DNA from: Gammaproteobacteria bacterium | GTDB lineage: Bacteria > Pseudomonadota > Gammaproteobacteria > CAJXQU01 | DNA: 64,000 bases | Reading direction: 5' to 3' | Assembly: GCA_965223825.1 (NCBI GenBank) | Contig: OZ245018.1 | Coordinates: 1,453,561 to 1,517,560, forward strand | Program-made: the position numbers and the translations under genes | Notes under the pieces: generated by a model | Databases searched by the model: none | What the model was told of the DNA's origin: nothing | The model's input: the letters and a program-made list of their open reading frames with translations, nothing else | Shown here: positions 50,098 through 58,958 of the stretch, piece after piece | How positions within the stretch are numbered: the first letter of the stretch is position 1 | Layout: every line of letters starts with the position of its first letter

Positions 50098-50667
50098 ATG
50101 GCTAAATACGCAACTAACCAATTCAAAAATGGACTGAAGCTGATGATCGACGGTGATCCGTACACCATTGTCGAGAATGAAATCGTGAAGCCCGGAAAAG
50201 GCCAGGCGTTTAACCGCGTTAAAATTCGTAATTTGAAAACTGGTCGCGTGATTGAACGCACATACAAGTCAGGTGAATCGGTAGAAGCCGCAGATGTGAT
50301 GGATGTCACTCTTGAATTTCTCTATAGCGATGGCGAGTACTGGCACTTCATGGATCCGAAAAGTTTTGAGCAAATTCAGGCGAGTGAAGCAGCAATGGTC
50401 GACGCTGCGCAATGGCTAAAGGGACAGGAAGTGTGCGAAGTGACGCTATGGAATGGTGAGCCATTGTCGGTTTCTGCGCCGAACTTTGTTGAGTTGCAGA
50501 TTACTGAAACGGATCCCGGCGTTCGCGGCGACACCGCTACTGGTGGCAGCAAACCAGCAATTCTGGAAACAGGTGCGACCGTTCGTGTACCGTTATTTGT
50601 TGATCAGGACGAAGTGATTCGCGTCGATACACGGACTGGCGAGTACGCTTCGCGCGCTAAAGAATAA
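50098..50667 (+). CDS. efp: Elongation factor P
   Basis: [10 protein letters not shown] (modified Lys), [32 protein letters not shown]. Start set to ATG 50098; the ORF track extension to 49993 overlaps epmB. Confidence 0.97.
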   Translation: MAKYATNQFKNGLKLMIDGDPYTIVENEIVKPGKGQAFNRVKIRNLKTGRVIERTYKSGESVEAADVMDVTLEFLYSDGEYWHFMDPKSFEQIQASEAAMVDAAQWLKGQEVCEVTLWNGEPLSVSAPNFVELQITETDPGVRGDTATGGSKPAILETGATVRVPLFVDQDEVIRVDTRTGEYASRAKE

Positions 50668-50764
50668 ACCTTTTTTACTGTTTAGGTCAGCTTGTCCTTT
50701 CTTCGTGGTGTCGTCTTGCTGATCATGCGGATGACACCAAGTCAATTTCTGTTGAAATTATCCA

Positions 50765-51673
50765 ATGCCGAATAATACGCTCGCCATTTTGCAACAACGT
50801 GCTGATCTCATTCAGCAGTTTCGATCCTGGTTTGGTGAGTTGGGTTTACTGGAAGTGGAAGCCCCAATTTTATCGCGCTCTGGCGGTAGTGATCCGCAAA
50901 TACAGAATCTCTCAACACGTTTTTTCGGTGAAAGGCTCTATTTAAACACTTCGCCCGAATTCGCCATGAAACGTTTGATCGCTGAAGGATCGGGTTCGAT
51001 CTACCACATCGGAAAAGCCTTTCGAGAAGATCAGGCCGGTCGTCTCCACAATCCAGAATTTACCTTGATCGAATGGTATCGAGTGGGGTTAGAGTATCAG
51101 CAATTAATGGATGAGCTGGGGACGTTTTTAATGAAGCTACTCTCCTTATCGTCATTGAAAAAACTCACCTACCGCGATGTCTTTTTACACACAGTGGGGC
51201 TTGATCCATTAACAGCAAGCGAGGCTGAACTTGACGAATTTTGCCAGGATATTCAGGGTGAATTAACGCGTGACGCAAAGCTTGACTGGGTATTAAGTCA
51301 TCATGTGCTTTCTGCTTTCGCTCACGAGGCAATTATTGTGTACGACTACCCCGCATCGCAAGCGGCGCTTTCACGAATACGAGGGGAGGTGTCTGAACGT
51401 TTTGAGATCATTATTCATGGTGTTGAGATTGCGAATGGCTATAGCGAATTAACCGATGCGATTGAGCAACGACAACGTTTTGATAGAGACAATGCAATTC
51501 GTCAATCGCAGACCCTTGCAAAAATGCCGTTAGACGAAAACTTCCTTACAGCGCTTGAACAAGGTATGCCAGATTGTGCGGGCGTCGCGCTAGGTTTAGA
51601 TCGATTACATATGATTTTGGTAGGGGCAACATCGCTGGCGGAAGTGAATCCGTTTATGTTGGAGCAGGTTTAA
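50765..51673 (+). CDS. epmA: EF-P lysine aminoacylase (GenX/PoxA)
   Basis: LYLNTSPEFAMKRL, KAFRED.AGRLHNPEFTLIEWYR, ERFE..I.GVEIANGYSEL, GMPDCAGVALGLDRL; no anticodon-binding domain. Confidence 0.95.
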   Translation: MPNNTLAILQQRADLIQQFRSWFGELGLLEVEAPILSRSGGSDPQIQNLSTRFFGERLYLNTSPEFAMKRLIAEGSGSIYHIGKAFREDQAGRLHNPEFTLIEWYRVGLEYQQLMDELGTFLMKLLSLSSLKKLTYRDVFLHTVGLDPLTASEAELDEFCQDIQGELTRDAKLDWVLSHHVLSAFAHEAIIVYDYPASQAALSRIRGEVSERFEIIIHGVEIANGYSELTDAIEQRQRFDRDNAIRQSQTLAKMPLDENFLTALEQGMPDCAGVALGLDRLHMILVGATSLAEVNPFMLEQV

Positions 51674-51676
51674 GTC

Positions 51677-53695
51677 ATGTCAAATTTACCTTCTGAAATT
51701 CTCAGTGAGAAAGGCGCTCTTGCGGAAGCCATCAGCGGGTTTAATCCACGTGTGCAGCAACAGGAAATGGCGGATGCGATCAGCCTCACGATTGAAAATA
51801 ATGCTACATTGATCTGTGAAGCTGGAACCGGAACGGGCAAGACCTTTGCCTATCTAGTACCAGCGTTGCTGTCGGATAAAAAGGTGATTATCTCGACCGG
51901 AACAAAACATTTGCAGGATCAGCTTTTTCATCGTGATCTGCCGATCATTCGTGATGTGTTGAAAAAGCCTGTGAAGATCGCACTACTCAAAGGGCGTGCA
52001 AATTATTTGTGTTTGTACCGACTTGAACAAGCGGGGCAGGAAGGAACGTTTCTTGCCATCGAGCAACATAAAGAACTAAACACGATCAAAGATTGGGCGG
52101 CGCGCACGCACAGCGGAGACATTGCGGATGTCGACAGCGTGCCGGAGGATTCGAGTCTTTGGCCGGTTGTTACCTCGACGATTGATAATTGTCTTGGGCA
52201 AGAATGCCCGGCTTATGCGGATTGCTATGTTTATAAGGCGCGTAAAGAGGCAAATGAAGCGGACGTGTTGGTGGTGAATCATCATTTATTCATGGCCGAC
52301 TTGTCTTTGCGTGAAGGGGGCTTTGGCGAAGTGTTACCGGGTGCTGAAGTGGTAATTTTTGATGAAGCGCATCAAATTCACGACATCGCCTCGCAGTTTT
52401 TTGGATCGTCCGTCACATCACGACAATGCGTGGAATTATCCCGAGACCTGATCGCAACCTACCTTAAGGATGCGCCGGATATGTCTGATCTGGAAAAAGT
52501 CGCCGATAAGTTTGAGAAAGCAGCGCGGGATTTTCGGCTGACCTTAGGAAAAGCCGGGCAAAAAGCTCCCTGGCACGAAGTCGCCAACAAGCAAGAGGTG
52601 AAAGAGGGGGTGTTGGATTTACAGGCAGCCTTAATAGCAATGCACACCGCATTAAAACCCGCCAGCGAACGTAGTCGCGGGTTGGAAAATTGTCAGAAGC
52701 GTACGGAAGTATTACTCGAAAACCTTGATGTGTTTATCAAAACAAAAGATAACTCATTGAATTTAAAGGAACTTGATTCTGATAAGAAAACTGATAAATC
52801 ACTTGAAGAAGGCCAACCTGCTGAACAGGAAAGCGTGATCAAATGGTACGAGACATTCCAGCGAACGTTTGCATTGCACATTACACCATTGGATATTGCG
52901 CGAACTTTCAGTGGCCATCGAGCACGTTTTCAATGTAGCTGGGTTTTTACTTCAGCCACATTAGCCGTGGGTGAAAAGTTTAGTTATTTTGCCGCGCGGC
53001 TCGGGCTAGGCTTGGATAATGAGCAAGCGAAAACGAATGCGCAACAGTGGGATAGTCCGTTTGATTATCAGCAGCAAGCTTTTCTTTACGTCCCTGAAAT
53101 GGAATATCAACCAAACCAGTCTGAGTACACAGCAGAAGTGGTGACAGCGTCTATTCCTGTGTTACGCGCGAGTCAGGGGCGTGCATTTATGTTGTTCACC
53201 AGCCACCGTGCATTACAAGAAGCGGCAGAGCAACTTAAACAAAAAACGGACTTTAATTTGTTCGTGCAAGGCACTGCTACAAAAGCAGAGTTACTCAAAC
53301 AATTTCTTGAAACGGACAACGCGGTTTTGCTGGGGACGAGTAGCTTTTGGGAAGGTGTTGATGTGCGAGGTGATGCGCTTTGCTGCGTTATCATCGATAA
53401 GCTCCCCTTTGCGTCGATGGGCGAGCCGGTCATGCAAGCTCGGCTAGATGCGATCCGTGAGCAGGGACGCAATCCGTTTATGGAATATCAAGTACCAGAA
53501 GCAGTGATTGCGCTTAAACAGGGAGCGGGGCGGTTGATACGAGACGTGCAAGATACAGGCGTTTTGATGATTTGCGATCCACGTTTGATCAGTAAGCCGT
53601 ACGGGAAGATGTTTTTAAAATCATTACCCAATATGCGTCGAACACGTAAATTAGAAACGGTAGAACGTTTCTTTAAACATGTTCTAAATAACTGA
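51677..53695 (+). CDS. yoaA: DinG-family Fe-S ATP-dependent DNA helicase (YoaA-like)
   Basis: EAGTGTGKTFAYLVP, KGRANYLC, Fe-S Cys DNCLGQECPAYADC, FDEAH, TSATL, SFWEGVDVRG, QGAGRLIR. Confidence 0.92.
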   Translation: MSNLPSEILSEKGALAEAISGFNPRVQQQEMADAISLTIENNATLICEAGTGTGKTFAYLVPALLSDKKVIISTGTKHLQDQLFHRDLPIIRDVLKKPVKIALLKGRANYLCLYRLEQAGQEGTFLAIEQHKELNTIKDWAARTHSGDIADVDSVPEDSSLWPVVTSTIDNCLGQECPAYADCYVYKARKEANEADVLVVNHHLFMADLSLREGGFGEVLPGAEVVIFDEAHQIHDIASQFFGSSVTSRQCVELSRDLIATYLKDAPDMSDLEKVADKFEKAARDFRLTLGKAGQKAPWHEVANKQEVKEGVLDLQAALIAMHTALKPASERSRGLENCQKRTEVLLENLDVFIKTKDNSLNLKELDSDKKTDKSLEEGQPAEQESVIKWYETFQRTFALHITPLDIARTFSGHRARFQCSWVFTSATLAVGEKFSYFAARLGLGLDNEQAKTNAQQWDSPFDYQQQAFLYVPEMEYQPNQSEYTAEVVTASIPVLRASQGRAFMLFTSHRALQEAAEQLKQKTDFNLFVQGTATKAELLKQFLETDNAVLLGTSSFWEGVDVRGDALCCVIIDKLPFASMGEPVMQARLDAIREQGRNPFMEYQVPEAVIALKQGAGRLIRDVQDTGVLMICDPRLISKPYGKMFLKSLPNMRRTRKLETVERFFKHVLNN

Positions 53696-53772
53696 ATTAC
53701 TGATCATTAAAATCTACTGATTTTTTCCAAATTGCCGATAAGCTATTTAAGGCATAGCGAATTAGGTGAAAA

Positions 53773-54024
53773 ATGACATCAGGAATGAAGCAGGTTTATG
53801 ACGCGATCAATCGACAAATTACGCAGTTTGAGCAAGGTAAAACAAGCGAAGAAAACGAAGCTTTACAAGAACTTCTCGGGCATCATTATGGTGATGGCTC
53901 GGTCTATTTACCGAGAGGAATTCCCGCGAATTTAGTGACAAAAGCAAAAGAACAGGGCTTGATCGATGAGGAAGGGTATCTCACACGTGATGGACGTCAA
54001 TACCTTGCGATTCACGATGAGTGA
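53773..54024 (+). CDS. Small hypothetical protein (83 aa)
   Basis: RBS AGGTG before ATG; globular-looking sequence (HHYGDGSV...GLIDEEGYLT..GR); fills the gap between yoaA and moeA. Confidence 0.7.
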   Translation: MTSGMKQVYDAINRQITQFEQGKTSEENEALQELLGHHYGDGSVYLPRGIPANLVTKAKEQGLIDEEGYLTRDGRQYLAIHDE

Positions 54025-54069
54025 CGGTGATTTCGGTGTGATCGCGTTTGGGTGATTCTTCGATCATAA

Positions 54070-55347
54070 TCACACAAAGTCAGAAAATGGTTGAACGTTA
54101 ACCCATTCACCAATTTCAATTTTATCGCTATCTTGCGGTAACACGATAAAACAATTAGCTTCAGACATGGATCGTAAAATCCCTGATCCTTGCTCGCCCG
54201 TTTTATGCACTACTAGCTCACCATTTTCGTCTGTTTCTAACACGCCACGTTGAAATTCTGTCCGTCCTGGTCGTTTACGAAGGGCCGTTGTTGAGCGCGC
54301 TTTTAATGACAAGTTCTGCGATAAATGTTCGCCCATCATGCGTTTTAAGGCGGCCTGCACGAACTGATAAAATGTAACCATGACGGACACAGGATTACCT
54401 GGCAGGCCAAAGAAAACGGCTTTTTCGATCTGGCCAAATGTGAGTGGTCGACCGGGTTTCATCGCGACTTTCCAGAAATTCACTTTACCCATTTCGGCTA
54501 AAACGTTTTTTATGTAATCAGCTTCTCCAACAGAAACACCACCAGAGGTGATTACCACGTCAGCGCAATCAGCGGCTTGCTGGAAGGCGTGTTTGACTGC
54601 TTCGGGCGTATCCAAGATAACCCCCATATCGATAAGATCAACACCAAGCTGAGATAACATTCCGTATAGGGTGTAGCGATTGCTGTCGAAAATTTCACCC
54701 GCCTTTAAGGTCTCACCGATGGATCGCAATTCATCGCCCGTCGAGAAAAACGCTACACGCAAGCGACGCGTCACATTTACTTCGCCTTGGCCGAGTGATG
54801 CGAGCAATCCGAGATCGGCCGGTGTTAAGCGTTTACCTGCGGTGAGAACGGTCTGTCCGATCGCGAGATCTTCTCCGGCCATTCGGACGTTTTGCCCGGC
54901 TGTGTGTTCATTCCCGATCCGTATCTGATCGGCTTCAACTTCAACATGTTCCTGCATGATCACAGTATCCGTGCCTTCTGGCATAACGGCACCGGTCATA
55001 ATGCGGACACATTGGCCGGCTTGAACGGGTTGATCAAAAGGATGACCAGCAAAGCTACGTCCGATCATCGTTAAGGTTGTGGTGGAATCTTGCGGAAGAT
55101 CTTCCGCGCGAACCGCATAACCATCCATTGCTGAATTAGTGTGTGCCGGTACGTTCATGTTTGATTGAACATCTTCAGCAAGAATACGACCGAGAGCAGA
55201 ACGTAGCGCGACTTTTTCTTGTGTTTGTATAACCGGAACGGATTCTAAAATGTAAGCTTGTGCGATTTCGCACGGCATGGAGTTTGGATCAAAATCATCC
55301 ATACAGCTAATAGCGTGAGGGATTAGAGGTTGTTCTGATTTTTCCAT
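54070..55347 (-). CDS. moeA: Molybdopterin molybdotransferase
   Basis: NSAMDGYA, CVRIMTGA.MP, FSTGDEL, DSNRYTL, TSGGVSVGEADY, KPGRPL, GLPGNPVS, QGSGILRSM. Confidence 0.96.
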   Translation of the reverse strand: MEKSEQPLIPHAISCMDDFDPNSMPCEIAQAYILESVPVIQTQEKVALRSALGRILAEDVQSNMNVPAHTNSAMDGYAVRAEDLPQDSTTTLTMIGRSFAGHPFDQPVQAGQCVRIMTGAVMPEGTDTVIMQEHVEVEADQIRIGNEHTAGQNVRMAGEDLAIGQTVLTAGKRLTPADLGLLASLGQGEVNVTRRLRVAFFSTGDELRSIGETLKAGEIFDSNRYTLYGMLSQLGVDLIDMGVILDTPEAVKHAFQQAADCADVVITSGGVSVGEADYIKNVLAEMGKVNFWKVAMKPGRPLTFGQIEKAVFFGLPGNPVSVMVTFYQFVQAALKRMMGEHLSQNLSLKARSTTALRKRPGRTEFQRGVLETDENGELVVHKTGEQGSGILRSMSEANCFIVLPQDSDKIEIGEWVNVQPFSDFV

Positions 55348-56483
55348 TGTTTGATATAATCCAAAAGAAATTCGGCGATCTGATCCGTGTTATTCAGATC
55401 CAGAAAAGGCAGCGATGCAAGCTGGGCGCGGTCTGATGTTATCGCATCAGTTGCAATGGCGACAAAGCCTTTTTCATGGCTGGCAAGTGAGGCTTTGGTG
55501 AGTGCTGCTCGATAGACTTCGATTTTAGGTATGGATTCTAGCTTAAAGCCTTCGATCAGGGCGATGTCTAGCTCGTCGGTGTGTAAATTGCTGATCAAAC
55601 TCGCGAGGGTGATATTTTCTTCACGATCAGGGGTTTCAACCATCAAAGCCCAGCGTTTTTGAGAACCAACGATCACCTGACTTGCGCCGGCCATGCGAAG
55701 TTCGTAACTATCTTTGCCAGGTACATCGACCTCAAAGCCGTGGTGGGCGTGTTTGACGAGGCCAAGTCGTAAACCGCGCGCCGTTAAATTTGGAATCAGT
55801 TTTTTGAGCAATGTTGTTTTACCGCTGCCACTGTGGGCAGCAAAGCCGATGACCGGGATGCCGAGTTCTGTGAGCGTCAGACGCATTTCGGCTTGGCGAA
55901 GATCGTCTTTGGTGTTGATGTTCATGAATGCATCGGCCTGATCAGAAAAATCCACTTCGACACAATGATGTTGCGCATACCAACGATCAATCTTTCGTTG
56001 ATCGTCCGCGAGAAACTTTTCAAGTGATGGCAAAAGTTTTTGATCAATCAACGCAAAGACTGGTTGCATACGTTTTCCATCGTTGACGACGGCAATGTCA
56101 GCCTGTGTTTTCATCAGTGTTTCACGTAGTCGAGGGGCCAGATCTTTCGGTATAAAAGGCGAGTCACACGGTACGACGAGTAGGTGGGTACTTGTTATCT
56201 GTTGCATGGCGGTTGCGATACCAGCAAGTGGTCCGGCGAAACTGCCAACTTCGTCACTGAATACAGTGGCGCCGAAGCCTTCATATACCTTGTGATTACG
56301 ATTGGCGTTAACTAAGATGCCCTCAACTTGATCGGTAAGTCGGTCGATGACATGTTCAACCAGACAACGGCGCTTGAGATGTACCAATCCTTTATCATCA
56401 CCGCCCATACGTCGGGCCAGTCCGCCGGCCAGAATCACGGCGTTGATACTTATAGATTGTTTACAGGCGTCAGATTGAGTCAT
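55323..56483 (-). CDS. mobA: Bifunctional MobA (Mo-cofactor guanylyltransferase) - MobB fusion
   Basis: ILAGGLARRMGGDDKG, GPLAGI, VPCDSP, FMNINT, then MobB AAHSGSGKTTL, KHAHH.FEVD.PGKDSY, LIEGFK. Confidence 0.92.
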   Translation of the reverse strand: MTQSDACKQSISINAVILAGGLARRMGGDDKGLVHLKRRCLVEHVIDRLTDQVEGILVNANRNHKVYEGFGATVFSDEVGSFAGPLAGIATAMQQITSTHLLVVPCDSPFIPKDLAPRLRETLMKTQADIAVVNDGKRMQPVFALIDQKLLPSLEKFLADDQRKIDRWYAQHHCVEVDFSDQADAFMNINTKDDLRQAEMRLTLTELGIPVIGFAAHSGSGKTTLLKKLIPNLTARGLRLGLVKHAHHGFEVDVPGKDSYELRMAGASQVIVGSQKRWALMVETPDREENITLASLISNLHTDELDIALIEGFKLESIPKIEVYRAALTKASLASHEKGFVAIATDAITSDRAQLASLPFLDLNNTDQIAEFLLDYIKQWKNQNNL

Positions 56484-56520
56484 GTGTTTTAATTTTAATG
56501 CTTAACATTCCATAAATCTA

Positions 56521-56549
56521 TTCCCATGAGAAGTAAACTTCATTATAAT
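56521..56549 (+). promoter_or_regulatory. Candidate sigma70 promoter for the EPS export genes
   Basis: TTCCCA-17 bp-TATAAT. Confidence 0.4.
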
Positions 56550-56603
56550 TTAATGAGTTAAGCCTAATTCTTGATAGGGAGTATTAGCTTGAGGGTAAAA
56601 ATA

Positions 56604-57191
56604 ATGTTCATGAAAAAACGTATTAGTCTATTCAGTCTTCTGCTCGCTAGTTTATTAATGAGCTTCAACTTTTCTGTGCAGGCAGCTCCGGCAGCGAAGA
56701 GCCAATCAGTCAACTACGAAATTCAACCGGGCGATGTTTTACATGTCGCAGTCTGGAAAGAGGAAGATCTTACACAAGATATTCTGGTTCGCCCAGATGG
56801 CCATTTTACTTTTCCTCTGGCAGGCGATGTTGATGCAAAAGGTAAGAATGCACAACAGATTACTGCTGAATTAGCGAAGAAAATTCAAAAGTATATTCCT
56901 GATCCGGTTATTACGGTTTCGGTCATGCAGATTTTAGGTAATAAGATTTATGTTATTGGTAAAGTGAACAATCCTGGCGAGTTTATTATGAGCCACGATA
57001 TTGATGTCATGCAGGCAATGAGTATGGCGGGTGGTGCTTCGACCTTTGCAGGGTTGAACAAAATTAAAATTTTACGACGCGAAAATGGTCGACAAATCGC
57101 CATTCCATTTAAGTATGCAGAAGTGGAAGCTGGGCAAGGGTTATCACAGAATATTCTTCTGCAACCTGGCGATGTAGTTGTAGTACCATAG
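56604..57191 (+). CDS. Polysaccharide export protein (Wza/GumB-like, Poly_export + SLBB)
   Basis: Signal peptide, YEIQPGDVL.V.VW, VRPDGHFTFPLAG, IYVIGKVNNPG, AMSMAGG, LLQPGDVVVVP. Start set to ATG 56604 (GAGGG RBS). Confidence 0.9.
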   Translation: MFMKKRISLFSLLLASLLMSFNFSVQAAPAAKSQSVNYEIQPGDVLHVAVWKEEDLTQDILVRPDGHFTFPLAGDVDAKGKNAQQITAELAKKIQKYIPDPVITVSVMQILGNKIYVIGKVNNPGEFIMSHDIDVMQAMSMAGGASTFAGLNKIKILRRENGRQIAIPFKYAEVEAGQGLSQNILLQPGDVVVVP

Positions 57192-57228
57192 CAGCATTAA
57201 CATAAGAAAATAGTTTGGGGAAAGCGGT

Positions 57229-58626
57229 ATGAAATCTTTTACGGGAGTGGGGTTAGTTGCATTCAGTTTTTTGGCTGCCAGCCAAACTTATGCGGCGGAA
57301 TATTCAGTGACGCCATTCGCGAATGCAACGGCGGAATATGATACTAATCGTAACCTTTCTTCTGTAAATGAAAAGTCAACATTCGGCATGTTGTTTGACG
57401 CGGGAGCGCTGTTTGCTTATCAGTCTGAGAAAACAGCGCTTTCAATAACGCCAAAATTCGCAGTCAACCGATATACTGATGATGATTCAGGTATCGATCA
57501 GGATCGTGAGAATTATTACCTGGATGCGAATGCGCAACACCGTTTTAATGAAAGGTGGTCTGCTGGTGCCACTTTCGGATTTTCAAATGTCGGTGTGGTT
57601 GCTGCTGAACTTGAAGATCTGGGTCTAGTTGTTGATGACATTAATAACCAAGTGACCGAGAGCTTTTCGCGAAAAACAATCACGTTTGGACCATCCGTAA
57701 CCTACATTCTTTCGGAGAGAGATAGTCTTAGGTTTGGGGCAGGTTACACCGAAGCGACATACGATAATAATAATACTTTACTGAGTGATTACACTAATTA
57801 CAGTATTAATGGCTCGTGGATTCGCCGAATTTCTGAAAAAGGCCAATTAACCACATCGGTGTTTGCTTCGATTCAAGATCCTGAACTTAATAACCAAGTT
57901 CTGGGTAGCTCTGGCTCATCACCAACGGCATCAGGAGTACATAATGTTCCAGATCCGGACACACTGAAAGAGCGTTTTGAGCAGTTCGGATTCACCGTTG
58001 CTTATGCTCATAACTTTAATGAGACATTGCTTGGAACGCTTTCACTTGGCGGGCGTAAAACAGATGGTCAATTTGCCGATCTGATTGATTACAACTACTT
58101 ACTGCAAAACGGGGCAATAATAACGAGAAGCCAGTTCGATGTACTTGGTAATTTAAATCCTGATTTAATTCGAGGCGCGAGAATAACCGAGCGTGTTTAC
58201 GATCAGGGAGATGTGAGCAATACGGGTGTATTGTTTGATGTTTCTTTAGAGAAAACGTACGAAAGAACAATTTATACGGTTAGATTAAGTCGCTCATCGG
58301 TTCCAAGTGGTACGGGTATCACTGATGTAGACCAATATTCATTATCAGCGCTACATCAATTTTCAGATAGGCTCGAAGGTACGGCTGATTTTCGTTATAT
58401 AAGTACTCAGAGTGAGTCTGAGCGCACCTTGTCTGAGGGTTTTGCGCAATCATCCGATCAAATACGGCTCGAAGCGGGATTAAATTATCGACTAACTGAG
58501 TTTTGGACGGTTGGTAGTGGCTATAGTTACCGTCAACGAAGTCCCGAAGATGGTGATACTGCTGACAGCCATGCTGTATTCTTGCAGGTTGGTTACAATG
58601 GTAGACGTTACGCCAAATCCCGTTAA
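57229..58626 (+). CDS. Outer-membrane beta-barrel of the EPS export apparatus (EpsL/EpsX-like)
   Basis: Signal peptide (TYA-AE), alternating beta-strands, AEYDTNRNL N-terminus, terminal VFLQVGY; lies between wza-like and wzc-like genes. Confidence 0.7.
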   Translation: MKSFTGVGLVAFSFLAASQTYAAEYSVTPFANATAEYDTNRNLSSVNEKSTFGMLFDAGALFAYQSEKTALSITPKFAVNRYTDDDSGIDQDRENYYLDANAQHRFNERWSAGATFGFSNVGVVAAELEDLGLVVDDINNQVTESFSRKTITFGPSVTYILSERDSLRFGAGYTEATYDNNNTLLSDYTNYSINGSWIRRISEKGQLTTSVFASIQDPELNNQVLGSSGSSPTASGVHNVPDPDTLKERFEQFGFTVAYAHNFNETLLGTLSLGGRKTDGQFADLIDYNYLLQNGAIITRSQFDVLGNLNPDLIRGARITERVYDQGDVSNTGVLFDVSLEKTYERTIYTVRLSRSSVPSGTGITDVDQYSLSALHQFSDRLEGTADFRYISTQSESERTLSEGFAQSSDQIRLEAGLNYRLTEFWTVGSGYSYRQRSPEDGDTADSHAVFLQVGYNGRRYAKSR

Positions 58627-58646
58627 AACTGTAAACGATTAAATAA

Positions 58647-58682
58647 AACCATCCTCTTGAGTCCTTCAGAGGGTGGTTCTTC
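58647..58682 (+). terminator. Terminator-like hairpin
   Basis: AACCATCCTCT/AGAGGGTGGTT stem followed by CTTCT. Confidence 0.55.
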
Positions 58683-58958
58683 TCAAATTTACAAAACTTG
58701 TCAAGAACGAAACACTCCCTTACTTAAAGAAGTAACCACGTAATACACATTGCGTTTTGAATATGAGAGTCTAAATTCCTTATTAGTTATTAGACTTACA
58801 TCTTGTTTCATTTAATCATTGATAATACTGGACACAGGTCACATGAAATTTCATTGACCATGTAACTATTGGATGTAAGATGTTGATTAGTAATAATCAT
58901 TTATGTCGTCATAGCCTGAAGAAAATACATTTCCGACCTACTTAAAAGAACGTATGCA

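Noticed and set aside
50707-50738. Hairpin between efp and epmA
   Set aside because: An ordinary intercistronic stem (GGTGTCGTC/GATGACACC) with no distinguishing features.
49036-51673. epmB-efp-epmA cluster as a new system
   Set aside because: EF-P beta-lysylation is well established. Only the ybgC coupling is reported as a finding.
55323-56483. MobA-MobB fusion as a novelty
   Set aside because: MobAB fusions are already known in Proteobacteria.
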